DNA of 63,798 nucleotides, the filler included, from Nemertoderma westbladi (lineage: Eukaryota; Animalia; Xenacoelomorpha): the NCBI GenBank assembly GCA_032718475.1. It is 4 parts of 4 records of this genome, joined end to end, with 100 filler letters (N's around TTAATTAATTAA, not from the genome) between each part and the next. Parts side by side here need not be neighbours in the genome. Positions count along the whole stretch, not along the records: positions 1 to 22,267 come from JAUCBJ010002289.1; positions 22,368 to 38,688 come from JAUCBJ010008914.1; 2 more parts are not named here. One strand, written 5' to 3'. Shown piece after piece: positions 11,201 to 24,715 of this stretch. The notes beneath the pieces were generated by a model. It was not told where the DNA came from, made no database searches, and was given only the letters and a program-made list of their open reading frames with translations. Position 1 is the first letter of the stretch. The number at the start of each line of letters is the position of its first letter. A program made the translations under genes and the position numbers.

Positions 11201-12673
11201 GCAGATGATATACATTACATACAGATATGGGTGTAACGACATAGGTAAAGATATGTATCCAAAAATCGAGTTACATTACATACAGATATGGGTGTAACGA
11301 CATAGGTAAAGATATGTATCCAAAAATCGAGTTACATTACATACAGATATGGGGGCGGGGGGACATTCCATGCAATCAAAATCCATCCCTCACCAGGGCA
11401 AATAACGCAAATAACAACCGATTACTCCCAAAATTAAAACCTTAACCTGTTGACTTTCGTTTATTGTTTTGGTAAGAATGACGTGTCACTGTAACGACTT
11501 TCCCTTAATTGAAAATTTAACATTGAGTGAGACAAATTTCGCTTTTGCCTTTAAATTTTTTTATAACCAGTTTAAAAAAGTTTATTTTGCGAAATGGCAA
11601 CTTTCGTATCGTTGGAATACTTGCGTTACAAGGATTCCAAACATGTAACAATGTCTGAGTTTCGTTGAGAGACAGCTGAGATATAGGCGTTCAAAGATTG
11701 CAAGAAATATCGTCCGTATCATCAGAAAATGATACTATATTTCGGGTCAGGGGTCTTTTTGTTTGCGACATTTAAATGGTAAAATATTAGGATGCGGAAC
11801 ATACACGCATCCTAACACGCATACACACTTGTGGATTCGTTATTTTCCGATGAAAGATAAACAGATTCTTTCAGATTGGATAGAAATTTATGTTAATTTA
11901 ATTTTAAAAAACTTCTGGGAGATATTATAATAAAAATATATTCACTCCTTACGTTTACCAACTCAAAAGTTAGGTTTTTATGTCAAACTAACGGAAAAAT
12001 CAACAAAATATGTTAGTATGTAGGCTCTAAACCATACCTGTCTTGCTATTTTTCGAGGTTGAAAAATAGAAATTTGCATATTGAAAATCATTTTTTGTAT
12101 AAAAATATGTAATAATATATTTCGCTCGCGTGTTATCTAAATGACCGGTAGGTGGTACTGCAGTTGGGTTAGTATGTAATAATCGTGAGAAATTACATCA
12201 TGCCCCGGAATAGTGGGATGGTCACCTCTTCTAAGTTATCTTTAAATATTAATGAGATTGCATGGAATGTTGAATTGGATTTGAACATTAAGTTGAAACA
12301 GTTAGACTCTCCTCCACTTCCTTATTGGGTGAGTCAGAATTGTTTATTTTATCTTTCAATCTTTAGCTACATGCGTTTAAAAAAGGTGTCTAAACAAAAC
12401 ACCTTTTAGCACTAGTCGTGCTGCAGTTATTCATCAACCTTATATAGTTATTTGTCTGTACTGATTGAAAGCTGTCCTTGCAAGGATATCAAATAAATAT
12501 GTAACACAATCTGAATTTCTTCGAAAAATTGCTTGAGATATGGGCGTTCAAAAGTTTCATCATTTTTCATCTTCTAATAAATCAATTAATAAATACCAAC
12601 ATTGGTAAAATGGAACATTTTATTAATATATCAATATATGTATGCATTACTATGTATTACGATATGAGGTATG

Positions 12674-13773
12674 ATGATAGATCGACACCTTTTCTTACTG
12701 GTGGCCTGGCCGGATTTTTAATTTATGAGCTATTTCGATACAACAAGCCGTTAAAAATCGTCTATTTCGCAATATTTAGCCACCTCCGTCGGCTTTATTT
12801 TTCGTCTTTGGAATGAAATCTAGATATCATTAGAATCGCCTTCATCTGCAGATTCAGAATCTGAAACCCATTGTAACAACGGAGAATATCTTCCGGAGAT
12901 TTTATCAAAATACTAAAGGTGTAAATTTTTGTGACGTAAATCGCTATAATTCTAATGTTTTTTTGACTCAATTCTAGAATATTAATTATGGGTAATGAAA
13001 AAACAAGATGGAGAGTTTTAAACGCTCAGGCAAATTTTTTTTTTTTTTTTTATGTAACCAAACCTTTATATTATAACTAATAAATGCATAATATTTAATT
13101 ACAAATTTAACAGTGTAATAAATCTACAAGTTTTCTATATATAAATTAGGCACAGATTTTATAAAATTAATTAATTCATTAGGTTAGGAAAAGAGTTCAG
13201 GGTCCATCGAATAGGTCACCCGGAGAGGGACCGCCCGTCGCCATAACAGACGCCGCGTTGCCCACTAGAATGGCCACCTGAATCCGCTGTAGGAGGAAGC
13301 GGAGTGAGCGGGGTTCGTGGGTGAACGCGTGCATTCGGGAGCCAACCTCCCGGAGGAAGGCCGCAGTCTCCGGGCCGGGGCGGCTGAGGGTCTCAAAGGC
13401 CACAGGATGGAAAATGTGGAGGCCCCGCTAAATACTCAGCTAAAAACTCAGCTAAATAATAATTAATATTCTAGAATAAAGACAACAAAACATCAGAATT
13501 ATAGCGATTTACGTCTCTGAATTTACACATAAGTATTTTGATAATATCTTTACCACTTTTTGGTTAAATTTAAAACGGTTTTCAGATTCGGAATCTACAG
13601 GCGAAGGCGCTTCGAATGATATCTAGATCACATTTCAAAGACGTAAAATAAAGTCTACGGAGGTGGTTAAACATTGCTAAATAGACATTTTTTAAGGGAT
13701 TCTTGTATGGAAATAACTGAGAAATTGAAAAATCCGGCCAGGTCACCAGTAAGAAAAGGTGTCGATCTATCAT
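12674..13773. mobile_element. Foldback/MITE with long inverted arms, carrying a CRE-type LINE fragment in its centre
   Basis: ATGATAGATCGACACCTTTTCTTACTGGTG...AATCTGAAAC at 12674-12868 mirrored at 13578-13773; an uninterrupted relative lies at about 31124-31700. Confidence 0.7.
13034..13425 (-). mobile_element. 5'-truncated CRE-clade (restriction-like endonuclease) non-LTR retrotransposon with poly(A) tail
   Basis: FHPVAFETLSRPGPETAAFLREVG...FLLQRIQVAILVGNAASV is the C-terminal RLE signature; AT-rich 3' UTR and poly(A) (T-run at about 13034-13050 on +). Confidence 0.7.
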
Positions 13774-14696
13774 AATAATTTTGTAGCATTTTATTGAAAT
13801 TTGAAAAAAATTAGGGGGGGGGGGGCTCCGACCCCCTAAAAATGGTTGTTGTATTAAGGGTTATGGTGTATATATGTATGCATTACTATGTATTACCTAG
13901 CTATTCATTCATACATAAACAAAATGTTCTAGAATATGGTGTAGTAATGTAATAGAGTAAGTACATCGCCTGCTCGAGCAAATAAATGCAACTTTTGAAT
14001 GCCCATATCTCAACTATTCCTCAAGGAAATTAAACTTTCATTACATATTTATTTAGAATCCTTGCAACGTTATCTTCCCATCGGCATCAACGAATCGCTA
14101 TTATAAAGTTGAGGAATAACTTCTGTACGATTGGTGTAACATCGACGGGGAGACTTTTTCAAACGCTTGTAGCTAAAGAATATTAGCAAAAATAAGAATT
14201 CTGGCTCACCCACTAAGGAGGGTGTAGGTGAAACTATCTAAGTTTCAAATTGCATGCAATCTCATCAAGATTTATATAAAAAGTAGGGAGGGAGGGGGGG
14301 GGGGGGGGGGGGTCCTGTCACTCAATTACGGCACTATCCGGGCATGATGTAATCTTAATATCTACTTAGTTATCGTAACTATTTAGCACAAATATAAATA
14401 TTAAAATAAAAATAGTATTTGAAGAAGTACAAAAATGTATCTATATTATTTCTCAAATAATAATATATTCTTGTTTCTCAATAAATATTTTACTAACTAA
14501 GAAATAATTCATGAAAACTCCTGTGGGGAGTTGTTTCCTTGGTAACCGTAGTAACTACATAGCGAAAAGCTGGCCCAGATGATGAATCTCTAATGAAATC
14601 AATGACTGAGTTAATATGCAGCCTTGGCATATTATAATCTACGACCAACCAACCGTCATGGCTTTTATTCACTAACTTTGAATTTTATAAAATAGT

Positions 14697-15188
14697 CACC
14701 AAAAAACAAAACAACATACACCAAAAAAAAAACATACACCAAAAAACAAAACAACATACACCAAAAAAATAAACATTCACCAAAAAACAAAACAACATAC
14801 ACCAAAAAACAAAACAACATACACCAAAAAAAAAACATTCACCAAAAAACAAAACAACATACACCAAAAAACAAAACAACATACACCAAAAAAAATCATT
14901 CACCAAAAAACAAAACAACATACACCAAAAAACAAAACAACATACACCAAAAAGAACAAAACAACATACACAAAAAAACAAAACAACATACACCAAAAAA
15001 CAAAACAACATACACCAACAAACAAAACAACATACACCAAAAAACAAAACAACATACACCAAAAAACAAAACAACATACACCAAAAAACATACACCAAAA
15101 AAAAACACACCAAAAAACAAAACAACATACACCAACAAAAAAACACACCAAAAAACAAAACAACATACACCAAAAAAAAACAAAAAAG
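14697..15188. repeat. Minisatellite of about 22 bp (CACCAAAAAACAAAACAACATA)n
   Basis: Direct tandem repetition with variable A-runs. Confidence 0.95.
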
Positions 15189-15552
15189 TTAGAAAACTCA
15201 AAAATCACTATTTTCATACCATGTGGTATCTCTATTTGTTTTCTAAACATTGCTATATTACTATAGAGACGGGCCTAGCGGCCCGTTAAGCGAGTCGTAA
15301 CGGGGCGAGTAAAAGCTTTTTGTTCTGTCTGATAATAAATTAGTGTGAGGGAAGTCCCGGTGGTGTACGAGAAATTTTCTAGACAACTTCAAACTAGAAT
15401 TATTATGTTGTAATCATCTAATGAATTATAAAAGCTGTTGTGATTATAGAAGATAGAGAGCAGTTAGCGAAATGATTATTTTGTTCTATCGGATAGAGTA
15501 GTCGGAGTCTCAGAGAAGAGTTGAGGTGTCATAGATTAATAATAATAGCTGT

Positions 15553-16496
15553 TAGTGCTGCGAACTGAAAGAAAATTTGACTTGTTTCGGTTTCAGTTCC
15601 AGTTTTAATTTTAATAAACACATTCATTTCAGTTCAAGTTTCAGTTCCAGTTCCCAAAAAATAATAATTCAATTTAAGTTCTTGTTTCAGTTCTAATAAA
15701 CCCTATTTATCTCAGTTCCAGTTCCCAAAAATATATAGTTTCAGTTATATTTTCAGAAAGTTTTGCAAGTGTCTTGTTTACATACCGGTACATAACAAGC
15801 TGCCGTGGCCAATCGTGTGGTACCCACCGATGGATCCGACTGCCATTTATTAAATTTTTAATGAAAATAACTGGAATTTTTAGCTGTAAAAAGGCAATTG
15901 TTATGTTTACAATTAGGTATTACTTGAAAATAAAATATATATTTATAATTCAATTCCGAAAGGTGCTAAAATGGGTGCCTGGAACACCCCATCTCGAAAA
16001 CTACTGGAGCTAATACAATTTTTATTTGCATCATCTGAAAGTGGACCTAATTAAGTTAGGGCCAAGTACTTTCGACGATCTAGACCTATTGTTTTATAGA
16101 TTCTAACTAAGATAGGCCTATTTAACTGGCCCACTAGATTTATGAACTTTGCAGCCGCAGCGATTTGGCTATTCGTATCTATAGTAGTAGGTCTTGCAAC
16201 ACAATAAAGCAAATTACATTTGTTTATTAAAGATTGAAATAGTATTTATGAACACTAAAAACGCGAATTTTAAATTTGTTCTTATTCCCAATTTATATAT
16301 TATACTTTCAGTTTTAAATTTCTGGCAATTCAGTTCTAGTTCCAGTATTCCAAGATAACAAGATTCAGTTCTAGTTTCAGTTTCAGTTTAAAAAAATTGA
16401 ATGTTTCAGTTCTAAGTTCAGTTCCAGTTCATAAAAATTGCCAAAAACAATTTCAGTTCGATTTCAGTTCCAGTTCAATTTCAGTTCGCAGCACTA
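15553..16496. mobile_element. hAT-type MITE
   Basis: TIR TAGTGCTGCGAACTGAAA / TTTCAGTTCGCAGCACTA, many subterminal TTCAGTT motifs, flanked by an approximately 8-bp duplication (T/A)AGCTGTT. Confidence 0.75.
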
Positions 16497-18291
16497 AAGC
16501 TGTTGTCATGAATTCAATATAATCGAGCCAAAGAAGTAATAAGGCGAATTCGTTCTTATTTTTGTAAATAATAACTACATATACACCATAACCCTTTATA
16601 CAACAACCATTTTTAGGGGGTCGGAGCCCCCACCCCCCCCCCCCCCCCCCCCACCCCCCCTAAATTTTTTACATTTTAGCATTCATTACATGACCCTTTC
16701 TATCATTTTTTTCATGAGCACACCAGCTGGTGTTTCTATTATTGGTCTATGGCAATTTTCGTGTTATGGGGCTATTTTTCATGATTCCAAGATCATTAGT
16801 TGAGATGTTTCAATTATTTTAACCGCGATTTCACAAGTACCCATAGAAATATATTTTCATGGTTCATGCAAAATTTCATTAAAATCGTTAGAGCCGCTTT
16901 TGTTCTAGGTCAGTAGTCAGTAGATAGTAGTGAGAAGTCAGTAATCAGTAGGTAGTAGTCAGTAGCTTTTATTTCTTACAGTAATAATCAAGTCTTACGA
17001 ATTGCTAATTATTTAATGGGCTGGGCAGGAAAAGTTTAACATGGTATAAATTGTCGGCATTAATTTTGACAAATATGATAAAAACTAACATTTACACGAA
17101 TTCTAGGTTTTCCTGACATAATAATCTTAAGTTAATTGTGGTGGGGAATGTTTTTGCATGTGGGATTAAAATCTATCGGCATTTTGCCGTTAACGTAGTT
17201 CTACTGTAAAGGGGCATCGGTATTACGCGTTACATTAATATCTAATATAATATACATAGTAAACGGACTTGTATGTGGGGTGGACGACTACTATATTAAT
17301 TCATTTGAATGATTGTATTTACATGTAATGGCCCATATACCGAAATAACCATAAACACTAAATATACTAGTGTGGTACCGGTACCAAATTAAACAATTTT
17401 ACCTGCAAAAATAATAAATTCATAAACAAAATATTAGATATCCAACAAAATATTTATTTTATGCGACCAAAAATAATAATAATACATTTTCAACCAGACT
17501 GAATCAATCGCCAAAAATACTCATAACCAAACCAACACACAAGGCTAAAACCTAAAACAATATCAATAACCATAAAAAATATCCATATACGATCGACATC
17601 AGCTTAATAAATCACCAGTGATTAATTAATTTGTGAGAACAATGAATCAATTTGGTGAGGGGTTCAGTGTTTCAAATTCATTATTTTTATTGCCGAATTA
17701 ATTATTTTTTTGGAGGCAAAAAATGATATTTGTTATTTTACATTTGGTAAAGGTAAATAAAGTTGATGATATAAATGTCAATTTTTGAATGCTCTTAGTT
17801 TTGAAACTGAATACTAAAGCACATGGCACTGAATAATATTGTAATATATTTTTTGTTGAACCAATAACTTCAAGATAAATGAAGACATATGGTAAATGAA
17901 CTTCCTCATCTCTAAATAATTAGTTTGCAACTAATTGTTAACATTCGAACGGAGAAATATTTCATGTTTGTTTTTCTGTTTTACACACCATTTCGCATGT
18001 GTTATAACAGACACACTTACATAGAGATATTTAATATTTATCATTATGAATGAAAATGAGTCTTCATCGTGTTTTTTTACGGATTTTTCTGAGTCATTTA
18101 ATAAATATACCCAGATCACCATCACGATGTGCTGCACAAATGTCCACTGCACTTCCAGATCCCCACAGCTTATATAGTAAATTAATATTATGACATGTCA
18201 GCACAATTCGCAACCCAGCAATAAAGTTTAGACACTGTTTGTTTAGGTTACATTAAACAAAAATGTTCATTATTATACATTATTTGGTGTA

Positions 18292-21200
18292 TCATGTTTC
18301 CACTGATGCGAGACAACTTTGTAATGCCTGACCAGTTTCCGGCGACATCGAGCCTAAATTCTTATCGAACGCGACTGGATAACGAGATGTGAGAAAGACC
18401 AGGAATTCCCTGTTACTGAGATCCTCAGTCAAGTTGGGATTAATTATATGTTTAGCAGTGATCTCCAACATGGTGGGGAAATAGGTTTCGGCTATCTGTG
18501 GCTGGTGTTCCAATAGATAGGTGAAACACTTGTAGATTGTGACCAACTCCTCTCTGTCTTCACGCAATGGGAGACAGATTAATAATGGTGGGATAACGTC
18601 ACGAAGGGGCAGACGGTGCCCTCCAGAGTAGATCATGCGACTAACAGCAGCACAGAGATTGTCCAAACAGTGCTCATTGACTTCGCCCATAGCTAGGAGA
18701 TCGGAAAGTTTTTTCATGATATTTGGGTAGACAGGGTACAAATCCTCACCGCATCCTTCTGCTAGTACCCCAATACCGAAGCATGCATTACTGCGCACCT
18801 CATCACTATCCGTATCATGCATGTTTCTCATGAAAGACTCAAAGAAAGTATCTTTAAAAGGAACTACATGTTTCCCCATGTTCTTTACAATTTCAGCCAT
18901 AGTAGCTGTACCAAATGAACGACTTGCTTCACTCTTAGTGTGTTTAGCTTTGGTGACCAAAATTGGCAGATACCATGGCAGATAAGTTACAAACTTCTCT
19001 GCACCAATGATCTTTACAATGTCTGGAAGTAAATCTCCCGCATTCTCAACTATTACAACATCATATTCAGATTGCTCAGCTACTATGTCATTTTCTGTGC
19101 TGTCATCTTCATAGTTTTGGCATGGTAGTCGTTGCTCTAATGTTATTTTAACAAGTTCCAACAAGCCATTGCTGTAATTAATGTAGAAGTTCTTGTTGGT
19201 ATCTTTTATAAGCTCTGCCAGTGATTCCAGTACTGATAGAATCACCATTCGATCCTTTTCTTCTTTGCAAACTTGCAGCATGGCAGGAACAGACCTTCGG
19301 ACCATTTCCTGCGAATCATGTTCATTTTTGGATGCAAGTATGATATTAGGGATATTGCGTATGGCTGCTCGTTTAACATCGCTATGAAAATGTGCCACCA
19401 TTTCCAATAGAGTATCAAAAAATTTCCCTTCACTTAATGTTGTGAATGCCAGTGGGCAATGAGTTGCTATTAAACCTATTGTATCCATAGCATCTTCTTT
19501 GGCATCAACATATGCATTATCAGCAGTGATTGATGATGCCGGTTTTTCCTCCTTTTCATCGTCACCAAAGAAACTAAACCCCACCTCATCATCATCATCA
19601 TCAAGATCTGGTCCGAGAATCAGGCCCTCAGAGGAAACTATTGTCCCATGGATATGTTTACACACAGTTGGTAGGTAATCAGCAAACCCCTCTTTCATAA
19701 CCCCAGATATACTTGCAAACATTTTAAACACAGCCCTTGCAAGATCTGGATCCGGATCTTCCTGTTGTAAGAGATTAAATCCCAATGACATACAGTCCCC
19801 AATGAGGGGTGATATGGTTTCTATGTTTACACTTCTAACAAATATAGCCAAAGTGTCCACTGCCTGAATCTGCATTTCAGCAGTCTCTTTTGCAATGGGG
19901 GAGACCAGCAGAGGCTTGATAAGCTCTAAGCAAGTCTCAAAATAAGGTTTAAAATTACATTTGGCAGCATCAGCCATGGATCCAAATGCACTGATACATA
20001 ACTCAATTAATCTATCAGATTTTCTTGACTGGAACAAAGTAATGAGACATGTCATGATGTCTTTTAGATATGGTTGTATATTTTCCCCAAGGTGTTGGCA
20101 AAATGTTTCTAATGCAAAAAATGTTTTTCCAATAGCATTTGTGCTGTCCTGTCCATCATGTTTGGCCACATGCATCAGATACTGGATCATCAGTGGGATC
20201 ACTTGTCCGTGGAAATGATTCACATTCGGTTGTAGGAATTCAGCATATTGACCCAGAGCAAATAATGCAGCATTACGTACCATTAGTGCATCATCCCTCA
20301 GATAGTGGCAGATTGTGTTCATAATTTGAACGAGATGTTTGCTTCGTATATATTCGGAGCAGCCCTCAGCAACCACTGCTGTGGCCAGTAGAGCTGCTCG
20401 TTTATGCTGGTTATCATTTGTACCAAAACTATCCACAATGTACTTTGAAACCTCATCAAATACCAACTTTGGTGGCATGTGAAGTGCCAACGTGTCGATT
20501 ACTTGACCAGCTGCAGAAGCAATTGTATTGTTATCATCTGCCTCATCACCAAATGTATCACCCCCTGTTAAAAGAAGTCTATAAGCTACCTGAGTAATTT
20601 CAGGCAGGAGACGAAGCCGTTGTACAACTTTATTTTTTGTTGATACTAATGTGTTAAGGAATGTTAGTGATTTAATTCGTGTGGTGTCAAGGTATGATAC
20701 ATCACAAGCTACAGTCATCCAGAATTCGCAGAGTTCTTTCACAAATGGAGCAACAATACCCACCTCTGATTCAAAGAATTCCTCGAAAATATCCATACAT
20801 TCGCAGGCCCGCTCTTCTTCAACTTTGAGATATTTCTTGATAACTTCAATAATATTTGGTATGAGTGGCCTGCATAGTGGTAGCTCATCATCACCCAAAA
20901 GAAACACAACGTTAGAAATACATTTGATTGTATAAAAAGGGATGAAAATAGAGGGTTCCTGAAGTAAAACTAGGAATCTTGGGAACAATTCAGCAAAATA
21001 AGGAACCAAGTCTTCTGCAGCATTCTCAGTGATACCCATTGCCAGGATTAGAATAGACACCTCCTTCTGTTTAACCCCAACACCATGACCTGGTAACAGA
21101 GAATTACTCAGAGTGGAAATCATTTCACACCATTCATCTGTTTTTAGTTCGTGGGAACAGATCATTCCAATTAATTGAGCTGAATTACGTAAAACAATAG

Positions 21201-21495
21201 GATTTGTTTCGCACCCCATTGCTATTTGCATCATAGTTGCCTTAATATGATCTCGAACATCTATACTAGATTCAGTCCAATTTTTAGCCACACCTCTCGC
21301 CATCACTACCACAGCAAGTTGGCGTATTCCTGGATCACTACCATCCAACAGCACACGACACAGTGCTGAAACGGTTGCTTCAGGTGAACATCTCAACAAC
21401 TCATGAATTTCAGCTGTGGCCAAATTACGTTGGTCATTATCTGTCTGAAGTATCTGTGATAATAAATTATGCATGTTCGTTGCCATAAGATCCAT
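18292..21495 (-). CDS. IPO4: Importin-4 (karyopherin-beta, HEAT repeats), single-exon CDS
   Basis: 1067-aa ORF; IBN_N-like start (IRQLAVVVM), AVVAEGCSEYIR, VRNAALFALGQYAEFLQP, EVRSNACFGIG, DNLCAAVSRMI, LPLREDREE. Confidence 0.88.
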   Translation of the reverse strand: MDLMATNMHNLLSQILQTDNDQRNLATAEIHELLRCSPEATVSALCRVLLDGSDPGIRQLAVVVMARGVAKNWTESSIDVRDHIKATMMQIAMGCETNPIVLRNSAQLIGMICSHELKTDEWCEMISTLSNSLLPGHGVGVKQKEVSILILAMGITENAAEDLVPYFAELFPRFLVLLQEPSIFIPFYTIKCISNVVFLLGDDELPLCRPLIPNIIEVIKKYLKVEEERACECMDIFEEFFESEVGIVAPFVKELCEFWMTVACDVSYLDTTRIKSLTFLNTLVSTKNKVVQRLRLLPEITQVAYRLLLTGGDTFGDEADDNNTIASAAGQVIDTLALHMPPKLVFDEVSKYIVDSFGTNDNQHKRAALLATAVVAEGCSEYIRSKHLVQIMNTICHYLRDDALMVRNAALFALGQYAEFLQPNVNHFHGQVIPLMIQYLMHVAKHDGQDSTNAIGKTFFALETFCQHLGENIQPYLKDIMTCLITLFQSRKSDRLIELCISAFGSMADAAKCNFKPYFETCLELIKPLLVSPIAKETAEMQIQAVDTLAIFVRSVNIETISPLIGDCMSLGFNLLQQEDPDPDLARAVFKMFASISGVMKEGFADYLPTVCKHIHGTIVSSEGLILGPDLDDDDDEVGFSFFGDDEKEEKPASSITADNAYVDAKEDAMDTIGLIATHCPLAFTTLSEGKFFDTLLEMVAHFHSDVKRAAIRNIPNIILASKNEHDSQEMVRRSVPAMLQVCKEEKDRMVILSVLESLAELIKDTNKNFYINYSNGLLELVKITLEQRLPCQNYEDDSTENDIVAEQSEYDVVIVENAGDLLPDIVKIIGAEKFVTYLPWYLPILVTKAKHTKSEASRSFGTATMAEIVKNMGKHVVPFKDTFFESFMRNMHDTDSDEVRSNACFGIGVLAEGCGEDLYPVYPNIMKKLSDLLAMGEVNEHCLDNLCAAVSRMIYSGGHRLPLRDVIPPLLICLPLREDREELVTIYKCFTYLLEHQPQIAETYFPTMLEITAKHIINPNLTEDLSNREFLVFLTSRYPVAFDKNLGSMSPETGQALQSCLASVET

Positions 21496-22267
21496 ATTAA
21501 CAATAAACTGGCCAATGCAAAAATGAAACTATAGTATTACCAATTTACCAAGTACAATACCTATACAATTTAACCTGTCTTATACCGGTATCTATTATAT
21601 GCCGGCCTAGGGATGATGCGGTAATTCAAAGGGCCCAAGTCAAAGCAATACTCTACAATCGGGACCTTCAGCTCAGGGCTTATTCCTCCGGTACCACTAG
21701 TGGGTGCCATTGGTTTTCTATATTTAAATACATTATTATTATAAATATGATTTAATTCATAAATGTTGTTGAATGTTTTCTACCTATTTCGGATATGACA
21801 GATCAAATGGACACAATTTAGAAACTTATTATTTTAAGAGAACATTATTTTTCGACCATTGAAATATCCGTTGCATAAACAAAAAATAAACAATAAAAAT
21901 GGCTAGTTAGGCCTAGTAGCCTAGTTGTGCCAATAATGATGTTTTATCAGTTTATTGGAGTTAAAGAGTCTCTCAATTGTGGCATTTTTATAACACATTA
22001 CAAAAATAATAAATTTAATTTCGTCACATTTACAAGTAATATAGTTAGACTGTTCGAATTAAATATGTAAATTTAAGAAATCTATACTGTAGGTCCTATT
22101 CGGAAAGGAAATGTTGAGTTTGTGGAGAATTATCCACTAGTAGTAAATTGAGAAATCAAATGCTGTTTATAGGCCTATCTGCCTATTTAAAAGTAAGGGA
22201 TAGTAGTACATCTTCATAACTGACATCGCGGATTTAATGGACTATTATTTGTATCTAATTGACTTAT

Positions 22268-22367
22268 NNNNNNNNNNNNNNNNNNNNNNNNNNNNNNNNN
22301 NNNNNNNNNNNTTAATTAATTAANNNNNNNNNNNNNNNNNNNNNNNNNNNNNNNNNNNNNNNNNNNN
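22268..22367. other. Assembly gap with artificial TTAATTAATTAA linker (also 38689-38788 and 58968-59067)
   Basis: N-run, six-frame stop linker, N-run; same layout at all three sites. Confidence 0.97.
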
Positions 22368-23839
22368 TTGTATCTAGTAGACTGTCTGACAGGTTCTGCT
22401 TTGCGTCAGACATGCTTATGTGTACAGTTGAATGTCTACTGCTGTATTACAGTCTGAGCAAGTCTAGTAACTCAGTATTAACTGCTAGCCTAGTAATTAA
22501 TTACCGGTACTGCTACTCAGTGTAGCGTGATATATATATAATATATTAGAATACCGGTATGCTTATAGTATATATAAGTATTATTACAGACTAGGTTTAT
22601 CTCAGAATACCGGTATAATTTTAGCACAAATATATATAAATATATAACAGGCCTATCGGAATACCGGTATACAGCTCACAGTTTGTAGCATATATAATTC
22701 TGGACTAGAATTAATTACAAGTACCGGTATAATTTCAGCCTAAATTTATAGAAATAAAGATAATAGGCCTATCGTAAATACCGGTATGCAGTTTACACTT
22801 ATAGTGTATATATATAAGTATAATTACAAACTAGAATTAATTACAGAATACCGGTATGATTTCAACCTAAAATTTATAGAAATAAATATAATAAGCCTAC
22901 TGTAAATACCGGTATATCAATTATTTTAAATAACTGAATTTCTGAATTTCAAGGGTTACTTGTTACTTTACTTACTTTATTACCGTTATTTGAACAGTAG
23001 TCCAACTGATATTGAGACCTAATGGTTTTATGGTAGGCCTACTATTTATAAATCGTTAGATTTGATTTATAATATATATATACCCGTTTTAATGGGCTTT
23101 GTCAATATTTGAAATAAATGTTATTATTTCTGGGGAGTAATCACTACACAAAGCGGTGCGCTTTCAGTGAAGTGTTACGTATAGGACACTAAAACAAATA
23201 ATTCTAATTTACCTAAGTTACTTAATACTACAAATTACGTACAATTCGGGTTGAGATTACAATCTCTAAATAAACACAAAAATTTACAAAAACACCAATA
23301 CGAATTTTTAGGGTAATTTTACAAGAAGTCTACAAACCAGCCTAACAAAGGGTTAGATAACCGGTTATTACAACGGACAGGGTACTACGGTATTTGAAAT
23401 AATAAGTAGTAGTAAATACACTGCGTTGTCTAGATAGGAAAATACCACCGCCTGACGACCTATAGCCGTATCGCTATAGGTTCTACGTTATGTATCACGG
23501 AGTGTTCCTACCTAGAAGTTAATAGAGCTAATCGAATGTGCCTATCAACCACTTTACAACACAAATATAATGCCTACAATAATTACTTCGGAAAGTACTG
23601 TACACTAAACCCTAAATTAGGTACGAGTACTTGTATAACAAATAATCAGTAGTTAAATATACTTGAACAGCTAAAAGAACCACGGCATCTGCTGGAGTGA
23701 CCGATGCACAAAATCACCAGTCTTGACCTACGCCGAGCAGCCCGTATAGTACCGGGTTAATTTAACTATAGCGGTATGTATAACAAACACAATTACTGTA
23801 GGAACAAACTTGGGGAATTGAATGTTGCGAATAATTGCA

Positions 23840-24420
23840 TAAACTCTGAATAATAAATATTACGCTACGCGTACAAACTACTCAAACAAAATACAGACCG
23901 AACACTGACAGACTACTATCAAGCCTAAACAAACTACGGTATATGCAGACTCCGAAATGATTAGGGAGTATGCGCTCTAACCCAGTAGTGCGACTTATTC
24001 TTTAGTTGGGGGTTTACCTTACAGCGTTGCTGCCCCTACTGCCTAATCGTACTTAATCGGACAGATGATCTACACACGCGGCAATCCGTTCAGACCTAAT
24101 AACAGCCAGACAACTATCCAGCCTACAAATTATTTAAATAAAATTATACGCTACCCGTACAGACTTACACAAACAAAGTACAGACTAAACGATGGCAGAC
24201 TACTCTCAAGCCTAAATAAACTACAGGACATGCAGACTCCGAAATGATTAGGGAGTATGCGCTCTAACCCAGTAGTGCGACTTATTCTTTAGCTGGGGGA
24301 TTACCTTACCGCATTGGCTGCCCCTACTTCCTAACCGTACTTAATCGGACAAGTGCTCTACACACACTGCAATTCGTTCGGACTTAACAGCAATCAGACA
24401 ACAGCTCAGCCTACAAATTG
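23840..24420. repeat. Diverged tandem duplication of an approximately 288-bp non-coding unit
   Basis: ATGCAGACTCCGAAATGATTAGGGAGTATGCGCTCTAACCCAGTAGTGCGACTTATTCTTTAG occurs at about 23943 and 24230. Confidence 0.85.
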
Positions 24421-24715
24421 TCTGTACAATCTGATCAGGTTTACACGCCTTCTGTTCAATACTGGCCTACAAATAAATAAAACTTGACAGAAATAAGTAA
24501 ACCATATAAAGGTATAAGGGGTGATCAATCCCTAATCCCTTAAACAGCCTACCGGTATACAACAATCAAATCGAATAATACTAGTGTACTTATACTGAAG
24601 TACCGGTTAGAACAGTTAGGCCTACTGACCTACAGAATGTACCGGTTCAGGTTTACCGGTTGACCGGTACTTTCAACTTTATTGCTTACTGCAACAAAGA
24701 AGCTATATCCTTTAA

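Noticed and set aside
14685-15250. Hydrophobic Phe/Cys/Val ORFs resembling membrane proteins
   Set aside because: Translation of a 22-bp minisatellite.
22268-22367. TTAATTAATTAA palindrome within N-runs (three sites)
   Set aside because: Scaffolding linker with stops in all six frames; not biological.
23450-23490. CTGACGA followed by a hairpin (possible hammerhead)
   Set aside because: No GAAA after the stem and no stems I or III.
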